Source of the DNA: Catajapyx aquilonaris
Taxonomy: Eukaryota
DNA: 34,860 bases
Direction of reading: 5' to 3'
NCBI GenBank assembly: GCA_000934665.2
Contig: JYFJ02004110.1
Coordinates: 1 to 34,860 of the forward strand
A program made the translations under genes and the position numbers. Shown here in pieces: positions 24,860-34,690 of the stretch; within the stretch, counting starts at the first letter, position 1, and every line of letters starts with the position of its first letter. The notes below the pieces were generated by a model that saw nothing but the letters and a program-made list of their open reading frames with translations, searched no databases and had not been told where the DNA came from.

Positions 24860-25425
24860 ACTCATTGAAAAGCATCACGTCCAACCTACAGGCAGAAGTC
24901 CTTAATTCTAGAAAGCTTACTTGTGGCACCTATCACTTTCAACCCAGAACTAACTCTCCTATCAATCTCCCCATCCATTCTACCATTACTCTCAAGGGCA
25001 CAACCCAGGTATACAAACTGGTTGGGCTGCTCAACCAGTTTTCCTCGTACCTGCAACATACAAGGAGAAACCTGCTGTCCTCTCAAATACCAATACCTTA
25101 GTAGTAGTAGTAGTAGTAGTGTTTTATTTCCTGAATGCTTACAGCACATAGGAAAGACATCTCTCCTCACATTACTATATCAGCATGTTCCAATTTTGCA
25201 ACAACTTGTTCAAAATACTTATACCAATACCTTAGTCTTATCTACGTTAATCCTCATACCCCTCTTTTCACGAACATTATCTAACTTGCATAGGATCAAC
25301 TGTAAATCAGCCTCACTCTCCGCCAGAAGGGCAGAATCATCTGCATGCAGCAAGTGACTAACTAACTCATCACCAAACTGCACTCCTACACCTTCAATCA
25401 TTGTGTGACGCCAGGTTCTAAGGTA
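24860..25425 (-). pseudogene. RTE-like LINE reverse transcriptase fragment
   Basis: LVSHLLHADDSALLAESEADLQ...GMRINVDKTKVLVFER (after removing the 25103-25220 insert)...VEQPNQFVYLG...GEIDRRV. Confidence 0.9.
25103..25220 (-). mobile_element. 118-bp 5'-truncated retroposon insertion with (CTA)n tail
   Basis: Perfect 16-bp TSD ATACCAATACCTTAGT at 25087-25102 and 25221-25236, with a (TAG)n run at the left end. Excision restores KTKVLVFER. Confidence 0.88.
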
Positions 25426-25529
25426 GTACCACCTAGGTCGCAAGGATGTCGCGGAATGTCGCCTCGGTGTCCGACCATGATTCTTGCCGCTGTTCGGGTA
25501 CCCCCATGAACAACCAGATTCAGCCACCT

Positions 25530-26255
25530 CGACTGGTTTTCAGGCACTTGGTTAGTTTTTCCTCCCCTGAGGCACAGGCTGAGTTGAAGTCAGCAACTAA
25601 GACATCTGAGGCAGGCATGGATGACTGCAGTGTGCGAAGGACAGGTGAGGACTGATCGAACGGAAAGCTGTCGAACTCAATCATGCATGCGACAAGGTCC
25701 TGTACACACTGCTCATCTTCGCGCATCCGTTTGGGGCGACATTCTGTGTGCTTCATCTCGACGTTCTTTCGGTTGGCCAACTTGTTAGTTGCGGCTCTGA
25801 TTCGGGCAGCATACGGGCGAGGTACTATATCGCTCAAAAACATTTTCGCGCACTTCCTCTCTGGCGGTTCCGTTAAAAATGTTTGAAAATGTAAGTATCC
25901 CGGGAAATACATTGCCAATTAAAGGGTTCAGTACGATGGTTGTACAATTCATTGCAGTTCTACCGACCTTTTACGCAACTGCCACGTTACATTTCTACCA
26001 TGTGGTGATCGTCTTGGATTTCAGGGTCAGGATGGCGTCGTAACGCCAAACCAATGTCAGAATCGGAATCTTCGTGGTCGATTAACCCGAAAAAGTGCAA
26101 TTGTACATGATTCTATGTGCTTTGGATCTCAAAACTTACACGGTCATAAAGGTGCCGACGGCCATCTTTGATTTGAGGCCGTGGGAAAAAATTCTGGAAT
26201 TTTTCGGAGGGACATGGAGGCTTAATATGTTCCGATAGGTCCTAGGAACCCAACC
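25530..26255 (-). mobile_element. Fragment of an unclassified DNA transposon: coding piece (25530-25850) joined to terminal-type sequence (25900-26255)
   Basis: HTECRPKRMREDEQCVQDL...PFD...LRTLQSSMPAS...DFNSA...GEEKL resembles a widespread invertebrate transposon-associated ORF family. GCCATCTTTGATTT and CGTCTTGGATTT subterminal-like motifs. Superfamily not assignable by eye. Confidence 0.45.
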
Positions 26256-26309
26256 GGCTAGTCAAACCTTCCTTGCCATAGAATGGTCACGGAATATCGG
26301 ATTATGACT

Positions 26310-26495
26310 CTACTATTTAGCAAAAGAAGCTGCACCATAGCCATGTGTCCATTGGAAGCAGCCTGGTGCAGTGAGGTCTCACCATCATTATTGACTTCCA
26401 GCTGGGCACCCTTCTTCAGCAGCAGTTTCACCATATCAGTCAGTTGCTGCGACACAGCAAGATGAATAGGAGTCTCACCATCTCCGTTGGTTGGT
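26310..26495 (-). pseudogene. Ankyrin-repeat fragment (two repeats)
   Basis: DGETPIHLAVSQQLTDMVKLLLKKGA and NNDGETSLHQAASNGHMAMVQLLL fit the ankyrin consensus. Confidence 0.88.
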
Positions 26496-26529
26496 GCAAC
26501 TTGTTGATCTTCAGCCAGCATGATCTTAA

Positions 26530-27026
26530 AGGGACACTCCACTCAAAATGCAAGTTGGACTCTAAAAATCGGGCAAGAAATCCTGATTCCGAGTGTATAA
26601 GCAGTTTTTCTGAGAGACGAACGGTAAGGCCAGGGCGAGCCGTCAAAGTTAGGCAATTCGAATCTGCCGCAAAACAGCAGCGCCTCTCCCGGGACTGGGC
26701 AGAAATTGGCATATTCCTGCGCCATCTTGATCCACGCCATGGTCCGCGCCATCTTTGGTCCGTCCCACAGGTTTATCCCGCCACCTCTTGACCCGACCCG
26801 ACTTTCAGTACTGAAACACTTTCGCCTAGCGCCCAGTGGCGGCGCTCACGGCGGTGGCGGACTGGGTTGGCGGGGCAGCTCATTAGCAGACGACGCAAAT
26901 TATGAGTCTTTAACGCCTCGTCCTGGCTTTTCTGTTCCGCGTAGAAAAAAACCGATTGCACCTTCGGAATCAGGATTTTTTGCCCGATTTTTAGAGCCCA
27001 ACTTGCATTTTGAGTGGAGTGTCCCT
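26530..27026. mobile_element. Kolobok-type MITE (497 bp)
   Basis: 63-bp TIRs starting AGGGACACTCCACTCAAAATGCAAGTTGG (2 mismatches). TTAA TSD at 26526-26529 and 27027-27030. AG termini favour Kolobok over piggyBac (CC). Excision restores the frame ...LLATDFKIMLAEDQQ. Confidence 0.92.
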
Positions 27027-27952
27027 TTAAAGTCAGTGGCCAGGAGATTTGCCTTCTTGCATACCACTCCTAGATATGACTCGGGCTGAGGAAAACAAAA
27101 TTATTAGAACTTTAATTTACACTGCATTAAATGTTTCTTGACTGTTATTGACTTACCTATTCGGCTTTGGGCGTCAGGTTTCTCCCCCAATCTCAGCAGC
27201 AGTATGACAAGGGCAGCATTGACCTTAATTTTGTCATATTCAGTCTCAGGATATTTTCCCTCCATGGCATGTAAATCTCCCATGATTTTTCCGATTTCTG
27301 TGGTCTTCTTGGACTTCAGCAATTTTGGTACGAGAAGCCCAATTCCTTTCAGGAAGTGTTCCTCCAAATGCTCAATGTTGCCATTGAGCCGTTCAAATTC
27401 CTTGATTATCGGAAAAAATACATGTATATTTTACAAATACATTGCATGATTTCATTCCAATCAACAGAAAACCCACCTCGCTTCCCTGGAATATGGCTGG
27501 ATAGTTCTGCCGCAGCTCCGTTAACGACACTCCCTTCTCTATCATTCCTCGGCGATCTGCCATTGTGGCCGCCATCCGGAATGATATTTTTTCTTTGTCT
27601 GGTGACCTCTGTCATTTAAAAATGTCAACATTTACTGGCATGTCTTTAAACCTGAATAAAAAATACTTGAAAAAGCAAAAACTCCCACTTCGCATCTCTT
27701 TCCGCATAAAGTCTTTATGCTTCAATATAGAGGCTTCGTCTTCATCGCCTTCAGATTCTGGAACCTTCTTGCTGTAAGAAATGCGATGATCCCCCATTGT
27801 CATTGAGGCTTGTTTCTTTGGTTGACGCTCTTTCTTCGTTTGATAAGGCTGGAGGGCACCAATTTTTCTCAGCCTCACACGTTCATTTCTGAACTTTGCA
27901 CTAAGGGAGGACTTCCAATAATTCTGCAAATGAATTTTTATAGTTAGGCAAG

Positions 27953-28005
27953 ACATACTTAGGGCATGGACACAACATACTTAGGGCATGGACACAACAT
28001 ACTTA
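27953..28005. repeat. 22-bp tandem duplication inside an intron
   Basis: ACATACTTAGGGCATGGACACA x2 plus partial ACATACTTA. Confidence 0.9.
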
Positions 28006-28509
28006 CCACATTCACTTTCTTATCCTCCTCAGGAATGTTGGGAAACTCTTCTGCCATCATTGTGCTGACAAGCTGATAATGAAACGGCTTAGGCTCCCTG
28101 AAATATCATCCAAGTCAAAATTATTGTATACGTAATTATGCAATGGATGCTTAACAAAAATTACTTACAGTGTATATTTGGACATTTTTTCAAAAACGCT
28201 TTTCACAATGTTTAGTCTCTCACTGTTTCCCACATGGCCTTTCCTAACAGCTTCCAGGCAAGTGCGTCATGAGCCCTCTACAGCTGATGACGCAAATCGT
28301 ACTTGATGCTGTTACGGTGAAATTGAAGGTGACCGTTACCCCATCTACTTGCGCAGGAAAACGAGATTAACATTGGGTAACCTGTTACGCAACTCCTTGC
28401 GTAATCTTTGCGCAATCTGGTGCAATATTAAGGCAATGCGGTCCTACTTTACGAAAATAGGTAAAAGGCGACTCGAGTACACTCAGTACGGATGACACTA
28501 ATCATCCAT

Positions 28510-28790
28510 TAGTCAACCGTCAACAGTCATCAAACGCCAACTAATCCCCCGCGCATGGAATGAATGTCTTAGTCTGAAACTGACATTGTTCAATGTCACT
28601 GCACATGTTCTGAAGGAATTGTGCACATTCGTTATTTTCCCTCCCAAGCCCTCCTGGACTCCTTTTTGTCACTATAGGTAGAATTGAAACAATCAAAAAG
28701 TTGGTCCATTCTGCTAAATCCACTTGCCCGTGGCTTCTGCACCCTGCAATACATTGAACTATGCCATAGCCCCCATCGTCTTGCCAACAC
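28510..28790 (-). pseudogene. P-element transposase internal fragment
   Basis: Across frameshifts: AEATG..., SRMDQLFDCFNST...RRAW, QFLQNM, FIPC. Matches the D-x-LFD-x-x-NS motif of P transposases. Confidence 0.6.
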
Positions 28791-28839
28791 CTGCTGACTT
28801 TGGAGCACTCCAGGGAACCTCAGGTGTGCCGGTCATCAT

Positions 28840-29115
28840 CCGCAGCCGCTTCCTCATGGTCCGTGGCAAGTCCACAATCCTCACCAGGTGGTGCGTTCGG
28901 ACCAGCGACCTGGCCAGTTCATTCAAGAATGATGATCTGCCTGTCTTCCACTGTGTGGCCATGCTGTACAACACGAATGCGTTGATCCCCACCACATTGA
29001 GCAGGTGGAAGAAGAGAGCCAGCGGCCACCTGCGGGTCCACCGGCTGACGGTGTAGTTTCCCACCATTTGATCTACAACTCCTGCTTTTGTCTGGTTGTA
29101 AAAAGTCACGTAAAG
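28840..29115 (-). pseudogene. piggyBac (PGBD4-like) transposase C-terminal fragment
   Basis: FYNQTKAGVVDQMVGNYTVSRWTRRWPLALFFHLLNVVGINAFVLY...RSSFLNELARSL. Confidence 0.92.
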
Positions 29116-29867
29116 CCTCATCACTTCTCTCTAAAGTTCCATGTACTGTGCAGTATAGCGCATGAGGGATGACATTTAAAAAAACAAGTCACACTGTTGA
29201 CAATTAGAATAATTCAATCGTCACAGGATATTGCCATGTAAAGAAAATAGTAGTCACATTGTTGACTCTTAAAAGCAATTAAAGAATTATATACCGAACG
29301 TAATTTAATTATTACTGGTCGTTTTGACTAGTAATATGCCTACATGCCAATATGTTTACAAGGAGGTCGCAAGACAGGCTACAGTGATCAATTCAGGCCC
29401 TGCTGGCGTTCCGTTGTAATAAAATTTCATCTGTGGTGTGCGAATGTAATATGAAGATGTTATGATATGGGGATGTGGTGATGATGATATAAGTAGGCAA
29501 CAAAATAAACGTATTCTCTTATGTGTATTCAATATATTATAACCGTAGCATGCAATCACGATCGTTCATGCTGTAATTACTGTCTTAAACTCCCTATGCG
29601 CTGATAGACGTGTCATTTATGGTTTTCATTGTCACATTTATTATGCTTATTCAAGTAAAATCGTACACATTTTTATACCACTACATGCAGTTATATGCAA
29701 CTGGCCAGTTCTCCTTACATAATTAGATTATACCCTTTTATTGAATCCTAAGCACAGGTATATTCAAAAATCGGGGGTAGCAGGCTAGTTTTTTTTGTGA
29801 TACACTCTCCATCTGAAAAGAGAATCATGTTTAGACACCCATCTCTTGCTAGCTGCAAGTAATCTTT

Positions 29868-30491
29868 CCTGGCCGCTAAAATGCCAAATGCATTTTCAAC
29901 AGTTCGCCTTGCTCGGGACAGCCGATAATTGAAGATGCGTTCCATCTTGCCCAGATCTTTTTTGGAATATGGCCGCATCATGTTTACTTTCAGTGGAAAG
30001 GCCTCATATGCCAAAAATACATGTGGCAGAGTTAACGTACTGCCTGCAAGGTCGGTTGGTGGTAGAGGCAGTTCAGCATTCAGGATGGCCTGGCCCATGC
30101 TGCTCCGACCGAAAACGCCCCCATCACTCTCTCGGCCATAGGCACCCACTTCAATAAATGTAAATGCATACCCTGCATCTGCCACGGCCATGAGGACGAT
30201 GGAATGGAACAATTTGTAATTATAGAACATTGATCCTGATTTTGGGGGAGGGGGGCAACCAGAGCTACGTGCTTTCCATCGATGGCTCCCACCCAATTGG
30301 GAAAATTCCATAATTGCTGGAAGTCCCTCGCTAGTTTCCTCCATGCCTCTTCATTGGGGTTTGGCATGACCTCTTCCTGGAGGGCTGTCCAGAGGCTTTG
30401 GCAGGTGTCGTGGATAATAGTGGCCACTGTGCTACGGCCGCAGCGATAGCTAAACGCTATGCTTCGCACAGCATCCCCCGTTGCCAAGAAT
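29868..30491 (-). pseudogene. Second PIF/Harbinger transposase (different lineage from 1544-3099), frameshifted and truncated
   Basis: After a cAG acceptor: FLATGD...WNFPNWVGAIDGKHV, frameshift, SGSMFYNYKLFHSIVLMAVADA...GRESDGGVF...AYEAFPL...IFNYRLSRARRTVENAFGILAAR. The second catalytic-region Asp reads as Tyr. Confidence 0.93.
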
Positions 30492-30516
30492 CTGCAGTAG
30501 TTGTTAGAGATAAGAA

Positions 30517-31530
30517 TATTTATTTATTTATTTATTTCATACCCCGTTATCCGGCCTGGGGCCGTTATTGGGGGGACACCACCGCCATTACCATCAGTTA
30601 CATAATTGCATATATTTGACAAATTTACAGAAAAAAGAATACAAAGAGAATGCTTGTTGCTTAGTTAGGTTGTCGAACACATAAGGCAGAAGTTCCATAG
30701 GAAGTACTGATAGGTTATACAAATAGGCTTTGCGAAGGGTTTTAAATATAGGACAGTCGTATAACAAGTGATAAGGGGATAATTTTTATTTAATTTACCC
30801 CGTGTTCGAGCCTTTGGCTCGTTTTTGATAAGGGGATAAGAGGGCATTGATATTACACCAGTCACAGACATCATCAGAAATAACTTGGATCGAGACACCC
30901 GATTTAATAGGAAGATATTTGGAGCCATTTCTTAGATTAGCTATCATACGCTGCCAATAGAAAGGCAATCCAAGTGTAAGATATGGTTCTAGTCCAAAAC
31001 TGAGTTTGATTTATTTATAATGATTGTATCTGTGAGCGTGCTCTAATTTGGTTAGCAGTTGTGTTTTTAGCTGTAGTTCCACTTTGGTGAGTAGTGATGG
31101 TAGATCTGTCAAGAGATCTTGCCAATCTAGCCCAAGAGATTCTCTTAGCGCTTGTCCAGACTTGCGCCAGTTTACTCTGTCTGGGGCTATGGCATAACTA
31201 TAGGCCATCCGTAGTATAGTATTATCCGGGAGTTTGTCAAATTTGATGATAAGTTTAGCCACAGATTTAACTAAATTTACTGTCAGCGGAATTTGGCCGG
31301 TTTCCAAGTAAACAAAATATTATGCGGTGTTTTTTTGGTAAAAGTAAAGGTTTTTTCAGAAAAAATAGCTGGACTTGGTTTATGACCTCAAACTGGGTTA
31401 AGCCCCATAGAGATAAGAATATGCGGACTATGGTGACTATGTCTAAAATTACAGGAAGACTTGCCCTTTCATATGTATATCTCAGTTTTGAACTAAAATT
31501 AAGTCTTCAATTACTTTCTGATTTGCCCTC
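30517..31530 (-). mobile_element. 5'-truncated LINE: ORF2 C-terminus, 3' UTR and (TAAA)n tail
   Basis: LWGL...NQVQLFFLKK...LETGQIPL...YLT...IANLR...VCDWCNINALLSPYHLLYDCPIFKTLRKAYL (CCHC motif restored after removing 30783-30825 and one TSD copy). 3' stem-loop at 30552-30564, tail at 30517-30537. Confidence 0.8.
30783..30825 (-). mobile_element. 43-bp retroposon 3'-end insertion (stem-loop plus tail only)
   Basis: Perfect 14-bp TSD TGATAAGGGGATAA at 30769-30782 and 30826-30839. Hairpin CGAGCC-TTT-GGCTCG at 30807-30821. Closely similar to the SINE 3' end at 438-462. Confidence 0.9.
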
Positions 31531-32079
31531 GTAATTGACTCAAGGTACTCTCATAAATGCATGCATTATAATTAGTGCAAGGACAAGAAAATAATACTGA
31601 AATACGTTACCGAAGGGTTATAGCCAGCCTTTCCGCTCTTCCGCTCGTCATCTTCCGTTGTTTCTTCGTCTGATGAGCTATCTATGTGTTGTGCTTTCTT
31701 GGCACGTTTTGCAGTCGTCTTCTTTCCACTGCTTTGTTTTGCTTGGCTTTTCCATTTTCTTCCTCTTCCCTCTTTGCTGCTTCTCTTCCACCAACTTCCT
31801 TTTCACTGGTGTATCTGTCTGAATGGTCGAAACCCTCTTCTTTCATCCACGGTTAGATTGTGTTCGCGGTCCTGCTGGCGGGAGAGGTCTAACTTTATCT
31901 GGAGTAAACGACTTTCTGCTTTCAACGACCCCTGAGGTACTCGGTCCATCAGATGAAGGTTCTGCTGATATTTAAGCGTTTAGGCCTATGCTGTTGCTCG
32001 ATTGAGGCTGACTTTCATTCGGGCTGGGTGGGATGACTGTTGCACATTGTGCTTCTTGAGTTTCATTGTCCAGGTTTGG

Positions 32080-32857
32080 GTCAAGGCGATCAGTAGCATA
32101 ACCTGGCGTTGAAAATAAAACCTCTCCAACTTATGGATAACATCATGCAGGAAGTCATCGGACCGCATCACCAGAACTTGAACCTGTGTGTAGTACTTAT
32201 GTGATGGCTTTAACATCCACATACCATTACTGTCCTTCTGCAGGCACTCAACATTGCTAATGTCGCCTTGTATCACTCTCTGATGCTCACATGTAGAGGG
32301 GCACTTAATTTCAATAAGAATGACTCCAGTGTCTCTCATTACTAGTCCATCTGGACTACAGCAAAGCCAAGGATGTCTTGTACTAATATAATGTGTGTTA
32401 CCTGTTTATGGTTGGTAGTTACATCTACTGTGCCAAAGCAATTGGTTTTCCATCACTATACCATACCTCATGGCCTTGGTGGATCTTTTCTCGCAAGAAC
32501 CTCTTTGCAAGAATTTCATAATCTTTTCTTCGTGTTTTCATGTCATGGGCCCTTGTGCTAGCTGATATCCTTACCCTCCTATGTGATGCCCACAGACCCC
32601 TTTCATCCAAATGTTGTGACCTTGTCTCCATTGCTACAGTCCTAACACCTGGAGAACTGAGGCAGATCTTTGACTGGTAATACTGCAGCTCTGAGGCTGT
32701 CAAGTCTTTTCTAAAATCATACACAACTATGTTCAGTTTCACATCTGTATCACTTGGTGGAACTGTGGTCCAAAACCCACAAGTGATCCCATCCCTGAAT
32801 CCCTGCTCCAAAACATCAAGGACATGTTCGTTGCGTTTAGTCTCAGCAATGTCTGCA
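32080..32857 (-). pseudogene. YqaJ-like exonuclease gene fragment (ISL2EU/Harbinger-type accessory gene)
   Basis: ETRSQ...LWASHRRVRISAS, PWLCCSPDGLV, LIEIKCP, LKPSHKYYTQVQ, KLERFYF. PD-(D/E)xK motifs, with frameshifts and deletions. Confidence 0.85.
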
Positions 32858-32947
32858 GCTTTCCAGTTGCAGCCCAGCCACCTTCAAAGTTTGCCCCTGA
32901 GACTTGTTGATGGACATGGCAAAGTTGAGCCTTACAGGAAATTGGCA
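32858..32947 (-). pseudogene. 90-bp sliver of a PIF1-family helicase, most likely Helitron Rep/Hel
   Basis: Manual translation in a frame absent from the ORF track: CQFPVRLNFAMSINKSQGQTLKVAGLQLES. Confidence 0.88.
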
Positions 32948-34394
32948 TCAGCAGTGAGACGGGCCTGACGTTCTACCTCACTCTCCTGCCTCTTTTTTTT
33001 TCTTCGAGTAGCTGGTAGCTTGAGCACTCAGACGTACCTGGTGTTCTTCCTCAGTCTCTTGGTCCCTCCTTTTGCCGGACACTGCGTGTATGCGATGAGT
33101 TTTACTGCATGATATAGAGATGCTGACGCGTAAACCAGTGCCGAAACCAGACGCCATTGTCGCCGTCCGACTTTACGCCCGGGCCCGGCTAAACAGGCGG
33201 GAGGGGCGGGAGCCGGGAGCACCTGCGATCTGTACCGTGATCTGTACCCATAATGGCGGCCATCTCGGAATTGCCATCAGCGCCTCGATAGGCCGCCGCG
33301 CTTGCGAATAGGTTGTGACGATTTTTATAACCAGCTTTATGACATGGTTGTCATCTACCTGTGTGTCATACTGATGGTCATGTAATGAACTAAAAATGTC
33401 TTTTCCCTATAGCAGTTCTAAAACACTGCTGATAACGTTTCTCAATATAATATCCATACGTCCCTGCTTGCTTCTGCTTCCTGGAGTCTTGCGTTTCCTT
33501 CCTTGCGATGGTGCCGGAATCTGGTATGACAATGATGGCTGCAGGGGGGATGGGTTGTTGGTGCTAACAGTTACGCCTGATAATAACCCCCCTGATGGCC
33601 CCCCGATGGTATCTCCACCTTATCGTGGTGGTGGGGTTTGCGTTTCTCCCATGACCCCAAGAGCTATACCGGCGGTAGCTTCGTCTACTGGTAGGGCCGG
33701 ACAGGTCTTTGGGATAGGAGACAGACTGCCTGCGGTGGTCACGCGATGTCTACATCGAGCACATCACTGGAGTGAGGCAGTTCTAACTTTGCCTGTTTGT
33801 TTATGTAAAACGTCCCCCCCATGGGTGTCATAATGTCTTTTGTTTTATTACAGCTGTGAACCATTTTTTAAATATGGCATAGTGTTTTGCTGGGTTTACA
33901 TGATTGTGTCTATATGTGGCATGTTGAATTCTGTTTTTAAAACATTGTTTGCAGTTTTTATGTCGTTATGACCATCAGAATTTGAGATATTCAAGTCAAA
34001 GACATAAATAAAAACCAGTCTTTCCTCTCTTCTTTTTCCTCTTCGTTTCTCCCTCCATCTGTCCCACCTTTGCTTCTTCTTACAGCCAGATAGCCACAGT
34101 TGCTTTGGCTTCTTCCAAATAAACCAAACCAAACCTGACAATGGTGAAGTAAGCAGCATGGGATTGGGGACAGCTTGCAGAGATGGGCTCTGGTTGATCA
34201 TGCCATCCAAACCAGGCAATGGTCTAGCCATCCGTAGCAGATGATTGGAGGAAGCAGGGATAAGATATCCACGAGGCAGGCTAGGTGGCAGTGTAGACAG
34301 CACAATGGAAGGCTTTTGTGGCGCTGGGTATCTTATGACACCAGGGCAGACACGAGGTTGTGTGCTTGCAGGAGCTGACACGCACAGGGCCTTG

Positions 34395-34545
34395 GAAACA
34401 AGGCTTGTGTTGCTCCGGCTGGTTGAGTGCAGAGCACTGCTGCAGGCACCACAACGGAGACCTACATCCACTTGTCTGACTACATAACCTGCAATGTATT
34501 CTGTCACGTCCTCTACGTACACAGAGAGGGAGCTGCTTAGTTCTA
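34395..34545 (-). pseudogene. THAP9/P-element transposase C-terminal fragment
   Basis: YVEDVTEYIAGYVVRQV...CGACSSAL...SLVSK. Confidence 0.75.
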
Positions 34546-34554
34546 TTCACTTAC

Positions 34555-34690
34555 CACACTTGTAGTACTTCACTATTGCATTTTCAGGGAGTACCCAGAG
34601 TTTTTCATCTGGCTTCTCCTTCTGCACAATATATTGCTTTTGTGGGATTGCGGTAAGGAGGCCACCAACAAGAAGCAAGAGCTTCTATAC
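34555..34690 (-). pseudogene. Isolated exon resembling the N-terminal CWWPP region of DUF4806-type accessory proteins
   Basis: Bounded by ttttAG and GTAAGT. Reads SCWWPPYRNPTKAI, frameshift, KEKPDEKLW. Confidence 0.4.

Larger units (their letters stand above)
26500..28100 (-). pseudogene. Multi-exon SAMD3-like accessory gene fragment (family often linked to EnSpm/CMC-like elements)
   Basis: Exons separated by short GT-AG introns read PKPFHYQLVSTMMAEEFP | YWKSSLSAKFRNER...GDEDEASILKHKDFMRKE | SPDKEKISFRMAATMADRR...ELRQNYPAIF | IKEFERL... The last exon is interrupted by the MITE. Confidence 0.6.

Noticed and set aside
26258..27090. In-frame SAMD3-like/ankyrin fusion as a new chimeric gene
   Set aside because: One in three co-oriented junctions is in frame by chance, and the exon is disrupted by a MITE.
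1524..33833. Numerous plus-strand ORFs of 60-145 aa in the ORF track
   Set aside because: Most are antisense shadows of minus-strand coding remnants and show no recognisable motifs.
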